From: an uncultured Flavobacteriales bacterium
GTDB lineage: Bacteria > Bacteroidota > Bacteroidia > Flavobacteriales_D > CAJJDF01
Reading direction: 5' to 3'
Length of the DNA: 64,000 nucleotides
Assembly (NCBI GenBank): GCA_937129365.1
Contig: CAKZNB010000033.1
Coordinates: 71,253 to 135,252, forward strand
Shown piece by piece: positions 45,525-55,453 of this stretch (within the stretch, counting starts at the first letter, position 1; each line of letters starts with the position of its first letter). Both the position numbers and the translations under genes were made by a program. A model generated the notes under the pieces. That model ran no database searches. It worked only from the letters and a program-made list of their open reading frames with translations, and had not been told where the DNA came from.

Positions 45525-46139
45525 TTATATTTTAGACCTACAGCTACTGCACAAATCAAATATTTCATCATCCACAGTTTTAATAGATTCTACAGCATCT
45601 TTCATCAAGCAATTCATTCCAGAAGTACAATGTTTTAATCCTAGATTGTGCCCAATTTCATGAGCAGCAACTTTTTTAATTCTATCGTAAAAAATGGTTT
45701 TATTTGAGTGATTTAATCTAAATGTTGAAACAATACAGCTTGGTCCTGGTCTATATCCTAATCCAAAAATTCCCCAATCCGAATATTTACTCTCAGGCTT
45801 TTTAGGTTTTCCTTGAGAGTCTTTTTTGGTAGTAGAAATATCCTTTCCAGTTAATCCTATAACATATTGAACACTATCTGATTTAGTTTCTTTTAGATAT
45901 TTAATCAGTTTATCAGCTCTGTATCTTGGCGACTTAACAGTTGTAAATGTTGATTCTGGTAAATCAATGTTGTTAAGAACAACTATTTTAAATCTATAGA
46001 TAGAATCCAAGCCTTCTTTTACTAATGAAATATATTTTTTGTCAATATCTCCAAAAGGTTGAATTCCAATTGTTACAGACTTTTCACTTCCGCAAGAAAT
46101 AAAAAACAATACAAGTATTAAATAGAATGAGAAACGCAT
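45525..46139 (-). CDS. Archaemetzincin-like (peptidase M54-type) zinc metalloprotease lipoprotein
   Basis: HEIGHNLGLKHC-x5-CLM-x17-CSSC at the C-terminus. Lipobox FFISCG from the ATG at 46139 (track start 46193). Confidence 0.7.
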   Translation of the reverse strand: MRFSFYLILVLFFISCGSEKSVTIGIQPFGDIDKKYISLVKEGLDSIYRFKIVVLNNIDLPESTFTTVKSPRYRADKLIKYLKETKSDSVQYVIGLTGKDISTTKKDSQGKPKKPESKYSDWGIFGLGYRPGPSCIVSTFRLNHSNKTIFYDRIKKVAAHEIGHNLGLKHCTSGMNCLMKDAVESIKTVDDEIFDLCSSCRSKI

Positions 46140-46193
46140 AAAATCAATTGTCTTTAGGATATTACTAAATTTACATAAATTATTAATCATCAA

Positions 46194-47192
46194 ATGAAAG
46201 TTTCCATTCTAATTCCTGTCCGAAACGGAGAACAATTCCTTGAGGAATGTTTGGATTCAATTATTAGGCAAACTTACCTTGACTGGGAATTGATTGTTGT
46301 AGACGATCATTCTTCAGATGGAACGGAACTAATCCTTAAAAATTATAGTAATCAAGATAACAGAATTACTTTTCTTAAAAATTCAGGAAAAGGAATTATT
46401 GATGCATTGCAATTAGCCTATTCAAAGAGTTCAGGAGAATTTATAACCAGGATGGATGCTGATGATATTATGATACCGAATAAAATTGAACTTATGGTTC
46501 AAAAATTAGAACAAAAAGGAAAAGGATTTGTGGCAGTGGGTTTGGTAGAATATTTTGCAAAAAATGGAGTAGGAGAAGGATATTTTAAGTATCAAGAATG
46601 GTTAAATGATTTGACTTTGACCGAGCGTAATTTTGAAGAAGTTTACAGAGAATGTGTAATTCCATCACCAAGTTGGATGGTTTTTAGAGAAGATTTTGAA
46701 AGTCTTGGAGCTTTTAATTCAGCGATTTACCCAGAAGATTACGAATTGACTTTCAGAATGTATAAACAGGGATTAAAAGTTGCTTCAATTGACCAAGTGA
46801 TACATAAGTGGCGAGATTATTCCACCCGAACTTCTCGCACAGATCCGCATTATTCAGATAACTTTTTTCTACCTCTCAAAATGAAATATTTCATGGAATT
46901 ACACCGAGATATAAATCGACCGCTAGAAGTTTGGGGAGCAGGAAACAAAGGCAAAGAACTTGCTAAATACCTGATTGAACAAAACATTGAGTTTGAATGG
47001 GCTTGCAACAATCCCAATAAAATAGGGAAAGATATTTATGGGAAAATTTTAATTTCTGATAAAGAAATTTTTACAAGAGAGAACCCTCAAATATTGATTG
47101 CTATAAGAAACGAAAAAGCTACGGCACAAATAAAAAAGGTGTTTAATTCCAAAAATTTAACTCCTAATTTGGATTATTTTTTATTGAGTTAA
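46194..47192 (+). CDS. Family 2 glycosyltransferase with C-terminal extension
   Basis: VSILIPVRNGEQFL...VVDDHSSDGT...RMDADD (DxD). Confidence 0.85.
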   Translation: MKVSILIPVRNGEQFLEECLDSIIRQTYLDWELIVVDDHSSDGTELILKNYSNQDNRITFLKNSGKGIIDALQLAYSKSSGEFITRMDADDIMIPNKIELMVQKLEQKGKGFVAVGLVEYFAKNGVGEGYFKYQEWLNDLTLTERNFEEVYRECVIPSPSWMVFREDFESLGAFNSAIYPEDYELTFRMYKQGLKVASIDQVIHKWRDYSTRTSRTDPHYSDNFFLPLKMKYFMELHRDINRPLEVWGAGNKGKELAKYLIEQNIEFEWACNNPNKIGKDIYGKILISDKEIFTRENPQILIAIRNEKATAQIKKVFNSKNLTPNLDYFLLS

Positions 47193-47311
47193 TAGTACGT
47201 TACCTATTCCGACTGTTAGATAATATCAAGTTTTTTACTTAAATTTAGAATGTGTTGGTGGAGTATATTTATCAATTTTTTGCTCTTCCTTATTCATTAA
47301 ATCAATATATT

Positions 47312-49213
47312 ATGAGTGAAAAAAACGAGGATGTATTTCATTTAGGATTAACAATGGCTGGAGCAGTATCAGCGGGTTGCTACACTGCAGGTGTAATGGA
47401 TTATCTTTTTGAAATTTTAGATTTATGGGAGAAAGCTAAAAACGGAAAAATTGATGGAATTGACCCTAAATTAGTTCCAACTCACAAGGTAGTTATTGAG
47501 GCTATGGGTGGTGCTTCGGCAGGAGGTATGGCAACTATAATGACTGCATTGTATGCTTTGCATGGAGATGTAAATCCAGTTAAAGATATTCCTGAAAATC
47601 CCATGAAGAGCTACAATGTATTGTACGATAGCTGGGTTCACCTAGATGATGATAAAAATGAGAAATCATTTAAAAAAATATGGGATACAGATGATTTAGA
47701 TTCAAAAGGGCTAGTTTCATTATTTAATAGTAAAATTATAGATTCTATTGCTTCAAAAGCATTGAATATGGTTGATGAGGAAAAGAAAAAAAATTTCCCA
47801 AATTATGTAGAAGATAAAGTGCCAAATTACATTTCAGATGATTTAGAGATTATCTTATCGCACACCATGCTAAGAGGTATTCCTTTGTCAGTTGATTTTA
47901 AAACAGAAATAGCAAGAAAATATAAAAACTCACCCAAGCACTATACGTTTGAACATTATTTAGTTTCTCACTTTAAATTAAATAATGGAATGGCGGTAGA
48001 TGCTGATAAATATTTGTGGTTCAATCCTTTTGATTCAGAATATTCGGATAAAATAAAGTGGTCAACCATTGCAACGGGTGCGTTTCCTATAGGCTTAGCT
48101 TACAGAGAATTTGATGCAAAGCAATTTACTGATAATTATATAAAATCGATTACTAAAAGAGTTATTTATGGAGATTTTGGAAAAGAAAATCCTGATACAA
48201 ACAATGAAATTAAATTAGATAATTCGGTAGAGAATTTTACTAGCATGGCTATTGATGGGGGTGCAATAAATAACGAACCATATAGAGAAGTTGAAAGTAT
48301 TTTGAGAAAATTTCATGATGATACCAAAGAACTTCAAAATTATGGGCTATTTATGATTGATCCATTTCCTGATAATGATGATATACTAAAACCGTATAAA
48401 AGACCCAAAAATCTAATCGGAGTTGTGCCAAACATCATTAAAACTCTATGGAATCAATCTAAGGTGAAAAGAAAGGAAATGCTTGAACAGTATAACCCTA
48501 CTTTTTTTAAAGGAGTGATATATCCCAGAAAGCATATTACAGAAGGAAATACATACATTAAACCTGATAAATATCCTATTGCAAGTGCTTCTTTTCAAGC
48601 ATTTGGTGGATTTTTAGATGTAAATTTTAGAGTACACGATTTCTTTTTGGGAAGAAATAATGCAAGAAATTTTGTGAGATATTTTGGGAGTTTACCTTAT
48701 GATCCTGATAATAGTATTATACATCCTATTCATAAAAATTGGACTCCAGAAATGGTGAAAAGATTTAAAGTGTACAAGTATGAAGAAGAAGGTGATAATC
48801 GAATTTTCCTTCCTATTATTCCAGATTTGAATATGTTATTAGAAAATAAAAAACCAGCTGATGACAGGTATAATTACACTTATAAAGAAAAACCTAAGTA
48901 TGATGCTAAGGAACTAATTAGTTTAAAATCTAATATCAGCAATAGATTCAAAAGGATTCTTGACAAAGTAGAGGAGGAGGTTTTATCTAAGGATGAAAAG
49001 GCTGATGACGAGACACCAATTACAGATTCTTGGATGAACTATAGTTTTAGAAGAAATTGGTTTCAAAGACGATTGGATTCAATAACATCATGGATTGCAA
49101 AAGGATTTAAAAAACCTGGTAAAAAGTTCTTAGCAAGCTCTTTAACTAAATTTACAATTAAAACAATTTTAGAAGATTTAGAAAAAATGAAGATCTTAAA
49201 AACTAAGGATTAA
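47312..49213 (+). CDS. Patatin-like phospholipase family protein with long C-terminal extension
   Basis: GGASAGG (GxSxG nucleophile elbow) and IDGGAINNEP (DGG Asp of the dyad). The ATG at 47312 is preferred over the track start at 47252. Confidence 0.75.
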   Translation: MSEKNEDVFHLGLTMAGAVSAGCYTAGVMDYLFEILDLWEKAKNGKIDGIDPKLVPTHKVVIEAMGGASAGGMATIMTALYALHGDVNPVKDIPENPMKSYNVLYDSWVHLDDDKNEKSFKKIWDTDDLDSKGLVSLFNSKIIDSIASKALNMVDEEKKKNFPNYVEDKVPNYISDDLEIILSHTMLRGIPLSVDFKTEIARKYKNSPKHYTFEHYLVSHFKLNNGMAVDADKYLWFNPFDSEYSDKIKWSTIATGAFPIGLAYREFDAKQFTDNYIKSITKRVIYGDFGKENPDTNNEIKLDNSVENFTSMAIDGGAINNEPYREVESILRKFHDDTKELQNYGLFMIDPFPDNDDILKPYKRPKNLIGVVPNIIKTLWNQSKVKRKEMLEQYNPTFFKGVIYPRKHITEGNTYIKPDKYPIASASFQAFGGFLDVNFRVHDFFLGRNNARNFVRYFGSLPYDPDNSIIHPIHKNWTPEMVKRFKVYKYEEEGDNRIFLPIIPDLNMLLENKKPADDRYNYTYKEKPKYDAKELISLKSNISNRFKRILDKVEEEVLSKDEKADDETPITDSWMNYSFRRNWFQRRLDSITSWIAKGFKKPGKKFLASSLTKFTIKTILEDLEKMKILKTKD

Positions 49214-49860
49214 AATTTCATTCCCTTCATCAGCTCTCCCATTTCTTCAGGAGTTTTCATTTCGTATCCTTTCGGAATTTTAAATTCTTTGTCCTCAATT
49301 TTCTTGGCAGTTACTTTTTTTGCAGTCATTCTCATCCGCATATCATCTTTTTCCATACTATATTCCATAGGAAATCCACCGATATCAACATTTGGTAAAT
49401 TAGAATTTTTGTATGTAGGAAGCTCATTTGTAACCCAAAGTGTTATTGTATTGTTGGATGTATCAGAGATTACCACTTTCGAGCATTTATACCCAGCAAT
49501 AATTTTAAATCCCTCTTTTTTTGTAACCGAAAAATGTGAAGCATCCTTACCTGAAGTAGTATCTTTAATTTCCATTGCAATTTTTTTGCCCAAGGCATTA
49601 ATTAGCATTATGTTTTTATTGGTTTTGGAGTTATTTATCATTTGAGTTTTTCCTATTATTCCTAGGTTTTGCTCTATTTTGCTCCATTCATTTTTAATGA
49701 TAATTCTAGATTTTTTGGGCAACATAGCTTTATACATTCCCATTTCTTTAGGAAGATTTTTATAGGATATTTTATAGGTAATTACTCCTTCAAATTTTTT
49801 TGCAGAAAATCCAACTAACATTGATATTGTTAAAAGGAAAGTAAATAAGATGTTTTTCAT
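49210..49860 (-). CDS. Hypothetical secreted protein
   Basis: Signal peptide MKNILFTFLLTISMLVGFSA. No confident domain call. Confidence 0.5.
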   Translation of the reverse strand: MKNILFTFLLTISMLVGFSAKKFEGVITYKISYKNLPKEMGMYKAMLPKKSRIIIKNEWSKIEQNLGIIGKTQMINNSKTNKNIMLINALGKKIAMEIKDTTSGKDASHFSVTKKEGFKIIAGYKCSKVVISDTSNNTITLWVTNELPTYKNSNLPNVDIGGFPMEYSMEKDDMRMRMTAKKVTAKKIEDKEFKIPKGYEMKTPEEMGELMKGMKF

Positions 49861-49951
49861 GTTTATTGTTTAATTACCATTAAAAATACGGCATTTTTAT
49901 TTAAAATATGCAAATCATGTACCAAAGGTGTTTTTAGAAGATAAAAGGAAT

Positions 49952-50926
49952 TTAAAGAACTTTTAATAGAGTTTTAGCTTTGTTTTCAGTCTCAATCCAT
50001 TCATTTTCTGGATCAGAATTTGCCATGATTCCACCGCCAAGATATAGCGAAATAGATTCTTTACACACTTGCATGCATCTCAAATTCACAAACAAGCTGG
50101 AGTGATTATTAATTCCCATTGGGCCAATAAACCCGGTATAGAGTTTTCTGTTTTGAGGTTCCAATTCTTTAATAAATTGCTTGGCTTTTTCAGAAGGAAT
50201 ACCACAAACTGCTGGAGTAGGATGGAGGAAACTCACCAAATCCCAAATAGTGTTGTTTTCATTTAACTTGAACTCAATCTTAGATTTTAAATGAATAACT
50301 GTTCCTGTGTTTAAATCGAAAGGTTCAGATACTTTTGTTGAAGTTGAATACGGAGCAATTTTATTTAAAATGTAATCTGTAACTACCTGTTGTTCCTCTT
50401 TTTCTTTGTCAGTCCAATTAATTCCTTCAATTCTTGTCCCTGCCAAAGAAACTGTGCTGTAAGTTTCTTGTTTCTGTTCAATCAATAATTCTGGAGAAGC
50501 TCCCATCCAAGTTCCCGTTTCTTCTGATGAAACACAATAAATAAAGGCTTTTGGGTAGTTATAACACAAATCTTTAAATGTTTTTTCAAGATTGAAGTCT
50601 GCTGATTTTTCGATGTTTTTAATCCTTGAAAAAACTACTTTTTTAAATTCTCCAGCTTTGATTCTCTGAGTTACTACTTCAATTTTTTTAATATATGCTT
50701 CCTTAGAAATTTCAATTTCGGAACTGTTATGTTGAAAATCAAAATTTATCCAAGTGTTCTTTTTAATTTCTGGATTTTTTAAAGAGTAAATAATCCCGTT
50801 CTCAAAATCTGAAAAGAAAAAACAACTTTTAGATGTTGAATTTATTTCCAATTCATTTTGAGAAGTGAGACTATAAAAGTCTTGTTCATTAGGCATTCTG
50901 TAAATCGCAATTGCTTTATTACTCAT
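49952..50926 (-). CDS. menF: Isochorismate synthase (menaquinone pathway type)
   Basis: Chorismate-binding C-terminal motifs (LHPTPAVCG, YTGFIGP, RCMQV, GGGI...SDPENEW). The ATG at 50926 lies next to the upstream stop at 50928. Confidence 0.8.
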   Translation of the reverse strand: MSNKAIAIYRMPNEQDFYSLTSQNELEINSTSKSCFFFSDFENGIIYSLKNPEIKKNTWINFDFQHNSSEIEISKEAYIKKIEVVTQRIKAGEFKKVVFSRIKNIEKSADFNLEKTFKDLCYNYPKAFIYCVSSEETGTWMGASPELLIEQKQETYSTVSLAGTRIEGINWTDKEKEEQQVVTDYILNKIAPYSTSTKVSEPFDLNTGTVIHLKSKIEFKLNENNTIWDLVSFLHPTPAVCGIPSEKAKQFIKELEPQNRKLYTGFIGPMGINNHSSLFVNLRCMQVCKESISLYLGGGIMANSDPENEWIETENKAKTLLKVL

Positions 50927-50927
50927 C

Positions 50928-52160
50928 TTATCCAAAGAAATAATAGGTGATAAGAATTGCAGCAATGATTCCTGATAAATCTGCCAAAATACCTGCTGTG
51001 GCTGCGTATCGTGTATTTTTAATCCCTACTGAACCAAAATACACTGCCAATACATAAAAAGTAGTTTCGGTACTTCCTTGAAAAATGGATGTCAGTTTCC
51101 CCACAAAGGAATCTACTCCAAAAGTTCCCCAAGATTCTACCATCATTCCTCGTGCACCACTTCCCGAAAGTGGTTTCATGAAAGCTGTTGGTAATCCGTC
51201 TGCAAATCTTGTGTCTGCTCCAAAAAATTCGGCAATCCACCTAAAAACATCTACTAAATAATCCATGGCACCTACAGTTCTAAAAACACCAATAGCACAT
51301 AACATGGCAACTAAATAAGGAATAATCTTGATGGCCACACCGAATCCTTCTTTGGCTCCATCAATAAAACTTTCGTATACATTTACTTTTTTTACTGCTG
51401 CCAAAATGATAAACCCAAAGATTATTCCCAAAATAATGGAACTTGAAATTAAATTAGAAGCAATGGTAAGTCCTTCTTTATCAAGTGTTCCAAGATATAA
51501 AAATAGAGAAACAATCACTAAAGTTAATCCGCCAATGTACGCCAAAATAACTGGTTGGAAAAGATTGATTTTTTGATAAATTGAAGTAATAATCAACCCA
51601 CACAAACTGGAAACAAAGGTGGCTAATAATATGGGTAAAAAAACCAATGAAGGGTTATCAGAACCGCCACTTGCTCGCAGAGCAATAATGGAAACGGGAA
51701 TTATTGTGAGTCCAGATGTATTGAGCACCAAAAACATAATTTGTGCATTGGATGCTTTTTCTTTTTCGGGATTCAGTTCTTGTAATTGTCCCATAGCTTT
51801 CAATCCCATTGGAGTTGCGGCATTATCTAATCCTAACATATTTGCCGAAAAATTCATCATCATTGAACCTAGTGAAGGATGATTTTTAGGAATTTCGGGA
51901 AATAAACGAGTAAAAAGCGGACTGACTAATTTGGATAAAAAAGTGATTGCCCCACCATTTTCTCCAATTTTCATTATCCCAAGCCAAAAAGCTAAAATAG
52001 CTGTCAGCCCAATTGAAAGTGTAAATCCAGTTTCAGCATTATCATATAGACTTTTTACAATTTGATTGAGAATGTCATAATCTTGAAAAAAAATCAATTT
52101 TACCAAAGCCACTACTAATGCGATTAGAAAAAAGCCTATCCAAATAAAATTTAATGCCAT
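50928..52160 (-). CDS. Nucleoside-recognition domain membrane protein (fused SpmA/SpmB-like)
   Basis: Polytopic membrane protein with two Gate-like halves. Confidence 0.65.
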   Translation of the reverse strand: MALNFIWIGFFLIALVVALVKLIFFQDYDILNQIVKSLYDNAETGFTLSIGLTAILAFWLGIMKIGENGGAITFLSKLVSPLFTRLFPEIPKNHPSLGSMMMNFSANMLGLDNAATPMGLKAMGQLQELNPEKEKASNAQIMFLVLNTSGLTIIPVSIIALRASGGSDNPSLVFLPILLATFVSSLCGLIITSIYQKINLFQPVILAYIGGLTLVIVSLFLYLGTLDKEGLTIASNLISSSIILGIIFGFIILAAVKKVNVYESFIDGAKEGFGVAIKIIPYLVAMLCAIGVFRTVGAMDYLVDVFRWIAEFFGADTRFADGLPTAFMKPLSGSGARGMMVESWGTFGVDSFVGKLTSIFQGSTETTFYVLAVYFGSVGIKNTRYAATAGILADLSGIIAAILITYYFFG

Positions 52161-52201
52161 TGATTAAAGTGGTTTCTTAAAAGTAGCGAACCCAATCGCA
52201 T

Positions 52202-53470
52202 TTAGCAAATTATCCCCAAAGCTTTTCCTGTAAATTCTGTTCCTACAAAAGGAGTGTTTTTCGATTTAGAGCGAATGTCTGTTTTCTCAAAAGTCCAAGT
52301 CAATTCTGGGTTGAAGAGAGTAATATTTGCTTTTTCACCGACTTCAATATTGTTTGCTTTTAGTCCAAAAACCTTATTTGGTCCAGTAGTGAATTTTTCG
52401 ATTAAAGTTTCTAATTTAATTTTCCCTTTTGTGGCTGTTAAGATAGATGCAAAGGCAGTTTCGAGTCCAATAATTCCAAATTCTGCCAAATCAAACTCTA
52501 GTTTTTTGTCTTCAATGTCATGCGGAATATGGTCTGTGCAAATTGCATCAATTATTCCATCATTCAATCCTTCTATTAAAGAATCTATATCTTTTTGTTC
52601 TCTAAAAGGTGGTAAAACTTTATAGTTAGAATCGTATTCTTGAGCAAATTTATCCGTAAAACTCAATTGATGAGCGGCAATATCACAGGTTACTTTTGTT
52701 CCTTTTTTCTTGGCTTCTCTTATTAAATCTACTGATTCTTTGGTTGAGATTGTCGCAAAATGGATTGGAGCATTTTGGTATTCCGCAAGAGCCAAATCTC
52801 TTTGTATTCTCAGTTCTTCAGACAATGAAGGAATTCCTTTTAATCCCATTTTGGTACTTGTTTCTCCTTCATGCATTTGTCCACTTTTGGAGAGTGAAGT
52901 GTCATTAGGAAAACTTACAATCAGTTTGTTAATGTTTTTTGCATAGAGTAAACTCTTTGCCATTAACCCTGTGTTTACTTCGTGTTTATCATCGGTAAAT
53001 GCAATAGCTCCAGCTTGGCTCATTTCGTACATTTCCGAGAGTTCTTCTCCTTTGTATTCATGGCTCAAGGTTCCCATTGGCAGTATTTCTACTGCAAAAC
53101 CTTTCGATTTGTTTAAGATGTAATCTACTCTGTTTGAGCTGTCAATAGGTTGTTTTGTTCCTGGGGAAACTATAACTTTAGTAAATCCTCCAAACTCAGC
53201 AGCTTTAGCTCCAGAAGCTAAAGTCTCTTTCCATTCTTCACCAGGTTCTCTCAAATTGGCTTTACAATCTACCCATCCAGTTGATATATGTAAGTTATCG
53301 TGTTCAATTACCTCAAAATCACTTTCCGCAGAAATATTATCTTCGATTTTCTCGATGATTCCGTCAATAATTAAAATGTCTTTAGATTGTAAATGAAAAG
53401 AAGAAGAAGGTTGAATAATGGTAGCTGATTTTAAAAGCTTTGCGTTCCTCATATCTTTAAGATTTGTCAA
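52202..53470 (-). CDS. Dihydroorotase-like amidohydrolase lacking the N-terminal HxH metal ligands
   Basis: VDCKANLREPG...KET...GGFT aligns with the canonical DxHVHLREPG; TDHIPH is retained. Confidence 0.7.
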   Translation of the reverse strand: MTNLKDMRNAKLLKSATIIQPSSSFHLQSKDILIIDGIIEKIEDNISAESDFEVIEHDNLHISTGWVDCKANLREPGEEWKETLASGAKAAEFGGFTKVIVSPGTKQPIDSSNRVDYILNKSKGFAVEILPMGTLSHEYKGEELSEMYEMSQAGAIAFTDDKHEVNTGLMAKSLLYAKNINKLIVSFPNDTSLSKSGQMHEGETSTKMGLKGIPSLSEELRIQRDLALAEYQNAPIHFATISTKESVDLIREAKKKGTKVTCDIAAHQLSFTDKFAQEYDSNYKVLPPFREQKDIDSLIEGLNDGIIDAICTDHIPHDIEDKKLEFDLAEFGIIGLETAFASILTATKGKIKLETLIEKFTTGPNKVFGLKANNIEVGEKANITLFNPELTWTFEKTDIRSKSKNTPFVGTEFTGKALGIIC

Positions 53471-53504
53471 AGGTAGGAATTATTTTGAAAATGAAAGATT
53501 TATT

Positions 53505-53541
53505 CAGAAAAAAGCCTCAATTCTTTCTAGAATTGAGGCTT
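53505..53541 (-). terminator. Rho-independent terminator after the 3-hydroxybutyryl-CoA dehydrogenase gene
   Basis: AAGCCTCAATTC (53512-53523) pairs with GAATTGAGGCTT (53530-53541). On the minus strand a T-run follows the stem. Confidence 0.8.
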
Positions 53542-53560
53542 AAATACTTATTAGTATATG

Positions 53561-54451
53561 TTACTTCTTAAAGTTATCCGCTACGATTAATTCCTTAGTT
53601 CCATGCGTCCAAGAATAAAAACCTTCGCCAGATTTTGCTCCTTTTTTGCCAGCCATTACCATATTTACTAATAACGGACATGGAGCATATTTTGGGTTTC
53701 CAAAACCATCATGCAATACATTAAGAATTGATAAACAAACATCTAACCCGATAAAATCTGCTAACTGAAGTGGTCCCATTGGGTGAGCCATTCCGAGTTT
53801 CATTACGGTGTCAATTTCTTCAACACCAGCAACTCCTTCATGCAAAGTAATTATTGCTTCGTTTATCATCGGCATCAAAATTCTGTTTGCTACAAAACCA
53901 GGGTAATCGTTTACTTCTACAGGAACTTTACCAAGTGTTTTACTCATTTCCATTATCGAGTTAGTTACTTCATCCGAAGTTGCATAACCTCTAATGATTT
54001 CCACCAATTTCATAATCGGAACTGGATTCATAAAGTGCATCCCAATTACTTTGTCTGGGCGACTTGTAACTGCTGCAATTTGCGTAATAGAAATAGATGA
54101 AGTATTGGATGCTAAAATCACATTGTCACTTGTTAATTCATCTAATTGCTTGAAAATTTTCAACTTCAAATCCACATTTTCTGTTGCAGCTTCTACCACC
54201 AAATCAATTCCGTTTACTCCTTCACTCATATCGGTGAAAGTTGAAATGTTACCAAGAGTTGAGTTTTTTACTTCTTCCGTAATACGTTCTTTAGCAAGTA
54301 ATCTGTCTAAGTTTTTAGTGATGGTTGCAACAGCTTTATCAAGTGAAGTTTGCGAAATATCAATGAGTGATACTTCAAATCCTGATTGTGCAAATACATG
54401 GGCAATTCCGTTCCCCATGGTTCCAGCTCCTATTACGGCAATTTTTTTCAT
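53561..54451 (-). CDS. 3-hydroxybutyryl-CoA / 3-hydroxyacyl-CoA dehydrogenase
   Basis: IAVIGAGTMGNGIA Rossmann motif; NTSS and PGF.(A)NR motifs. Confidence 0.9.
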   Translation of the reverse strand: MKKIAVIGAGTMGNGIAHVFAQSGFEVSLIDISQTSLDKAVATITKNLDRLLAKERITEEVKNSTLGNISTFTDMSEGVNGIDLVVEAATENVDLKLKIFKQLDELTSDNVILASNTSSISITQIAAVTSRPDKVIGMHFMNPVPIMKLVEIIRGYATSDEVTNSIMEMSKTLGKVPVEVNDYPGFVANRILMPMINEAIITLHEGVAGVEEIDTVMKLGMAHPMGPLQLADFIGLDVCLSILNVLHDGFGNPKYAPCPLLVNMVMAGKKGAKSGEGFYSWTHGTKELIVADNFKK

Positions 54452-54506
54452 AGTTTTTTGTTGATTTTAGAATGCAAATATATGTATAATGTAATTAAAT
54501 TTTAAG

Positions 54507-54884
54507 CTAACTTTTTTCATCTGTAGGCTTACTCATTAAAGATATTTTTAGTTTATTCTTTTTTGCGTAATTAATAATTTCATAAACCTTTCCGTAATCT
54601 GCTTCTTGATCTCCATAGAGATTAATAGCAGGATTTGATGAGCTATCTATGATAGTATTCATTAATGAATCTGAGAAAATGTATTTATTGTTACCGATTT
54701 TAATATAGGTTTCATTGTTTTTTTTGATAATAACGAATATTGAATTGTTTTCAATATCTGTATAATTTACTTCAGGTAATTCAACTTTTACTTTTCTAGG
54801 AGGTTCTATAGGTTTTATTTCAAAGCAAGAAAACACTATAAGTGGAAATAAAACATATAGAAAAGTAGGTTTTATGTTTTTCAT
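54507..54884 (-). CDS. Hypothetical lipoprotein or membrane protein (weak ExbD-like C-terminus)
   Basis: N-terminal hydrophobic segment ending FSC. C-terminal INLYGDQEADYGKVYEIINYAKKNKL resembles the ExbD/TolR periplasmic domain. Confidence 0.35.
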   Translation of the reverse strand: MKNIKPTFLYVLFPLIVFSCFEIKPIEPPRKVKVELPEVNYTDIENNSIFVIIKKNNETYIKIGNNKYIFSDSLMNTIIDSSSNPAINLYGDQEADYGKVYEIINYAKKNKLKISLMSKPTDEKS

Positions 54885-54888
54885 AATA

Positions 54889-55299
54889 TTACTTCTTCAA
54901 AACCTCCAACCCCAATTCATAACTCTTCAACCCAAATCCAGAAATATGCCCAATACAATTTGGGGCTAACAAAGATTTATTTCTAAATTCTTCCCTGCCA
55001 AAAATATTGGAAATATGAATCTCAACAACAGGGGTTTCAATAGCTTCAACAGCATCAGCAATAGCTACTGAGGTATGTGTGTAGCCTCCTGCATTTATCA
55101 AAATTCCAGCATAATTTTGATTGTCTGCTTCTTGCAATTTATTGATGATTTCACCTTCTACATTTGATTGAAACACCTCAAACTCATACTTCTTTGAGAG
55201 TTTGGAAAAGTATTCATCCAAACTTTGGTTTCCATAAACTTCTGGATTTCTTGTTCCTACAAGGTTTAAGTTTGGTCCGTTTATTATGAGTGCTTTCAT
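54889..55299 (-). CDS. aroQ: Type II 3-dehydroquinate dehydratase
   Basis: MKALIINGPNLNLVGTRNPEVYG...NAGGYTHTSVA...HISN. The ATG at 55299 is preferred over the track start at 55359. Confidence 0.9.
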   Translation of the reverse strand: MKALIINGPNLNLVGTRNPEVYGNQSLDEYFSKLSKKYEFEVFQSNVEGEIINKLQEADNQNYAGILINAGGYTHTSVAIADAVEAIETPVVEIHISNIFGREEFRNKSLLAPNCIGHISGFGLKSYELGLEVLKK

Positions 55300-55419
55300 T
55301 GATTGTTTTTCGAAGTATAAAACTATGAAAAAAATGAATGTAAATTTAATCTTTACCAATTCTTGAAAAAAATGGAGGTTAAAATTCCAATAATCACCGA
55401 GTATTAGTTCAAAAAAAAT

Positions 55420-55427
55420 TACCTTTG
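55420..55427 (+). promoter_or_regulatory. Candidate -7 promoter box (TACCTTTG)
   Basis: Matches TAnnTTTG, 27 nt upstream of the yidC ATG. Confidence 0.3.
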
Positions 55428-55453
55428 AGGCTTATTCGAGATAAAGAAAAAAA

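Noticed and set aside
47312-49213. Patatin-like protein as the effector of a CBASS-like or other anti-phage system
   Set aside because: No cyclase/CD-NTase, sensor, helicase, nuclease or other defence-associated partner is adjacent. The flanking genes are a glycosyltransferase and a secreted hypothetical protein.
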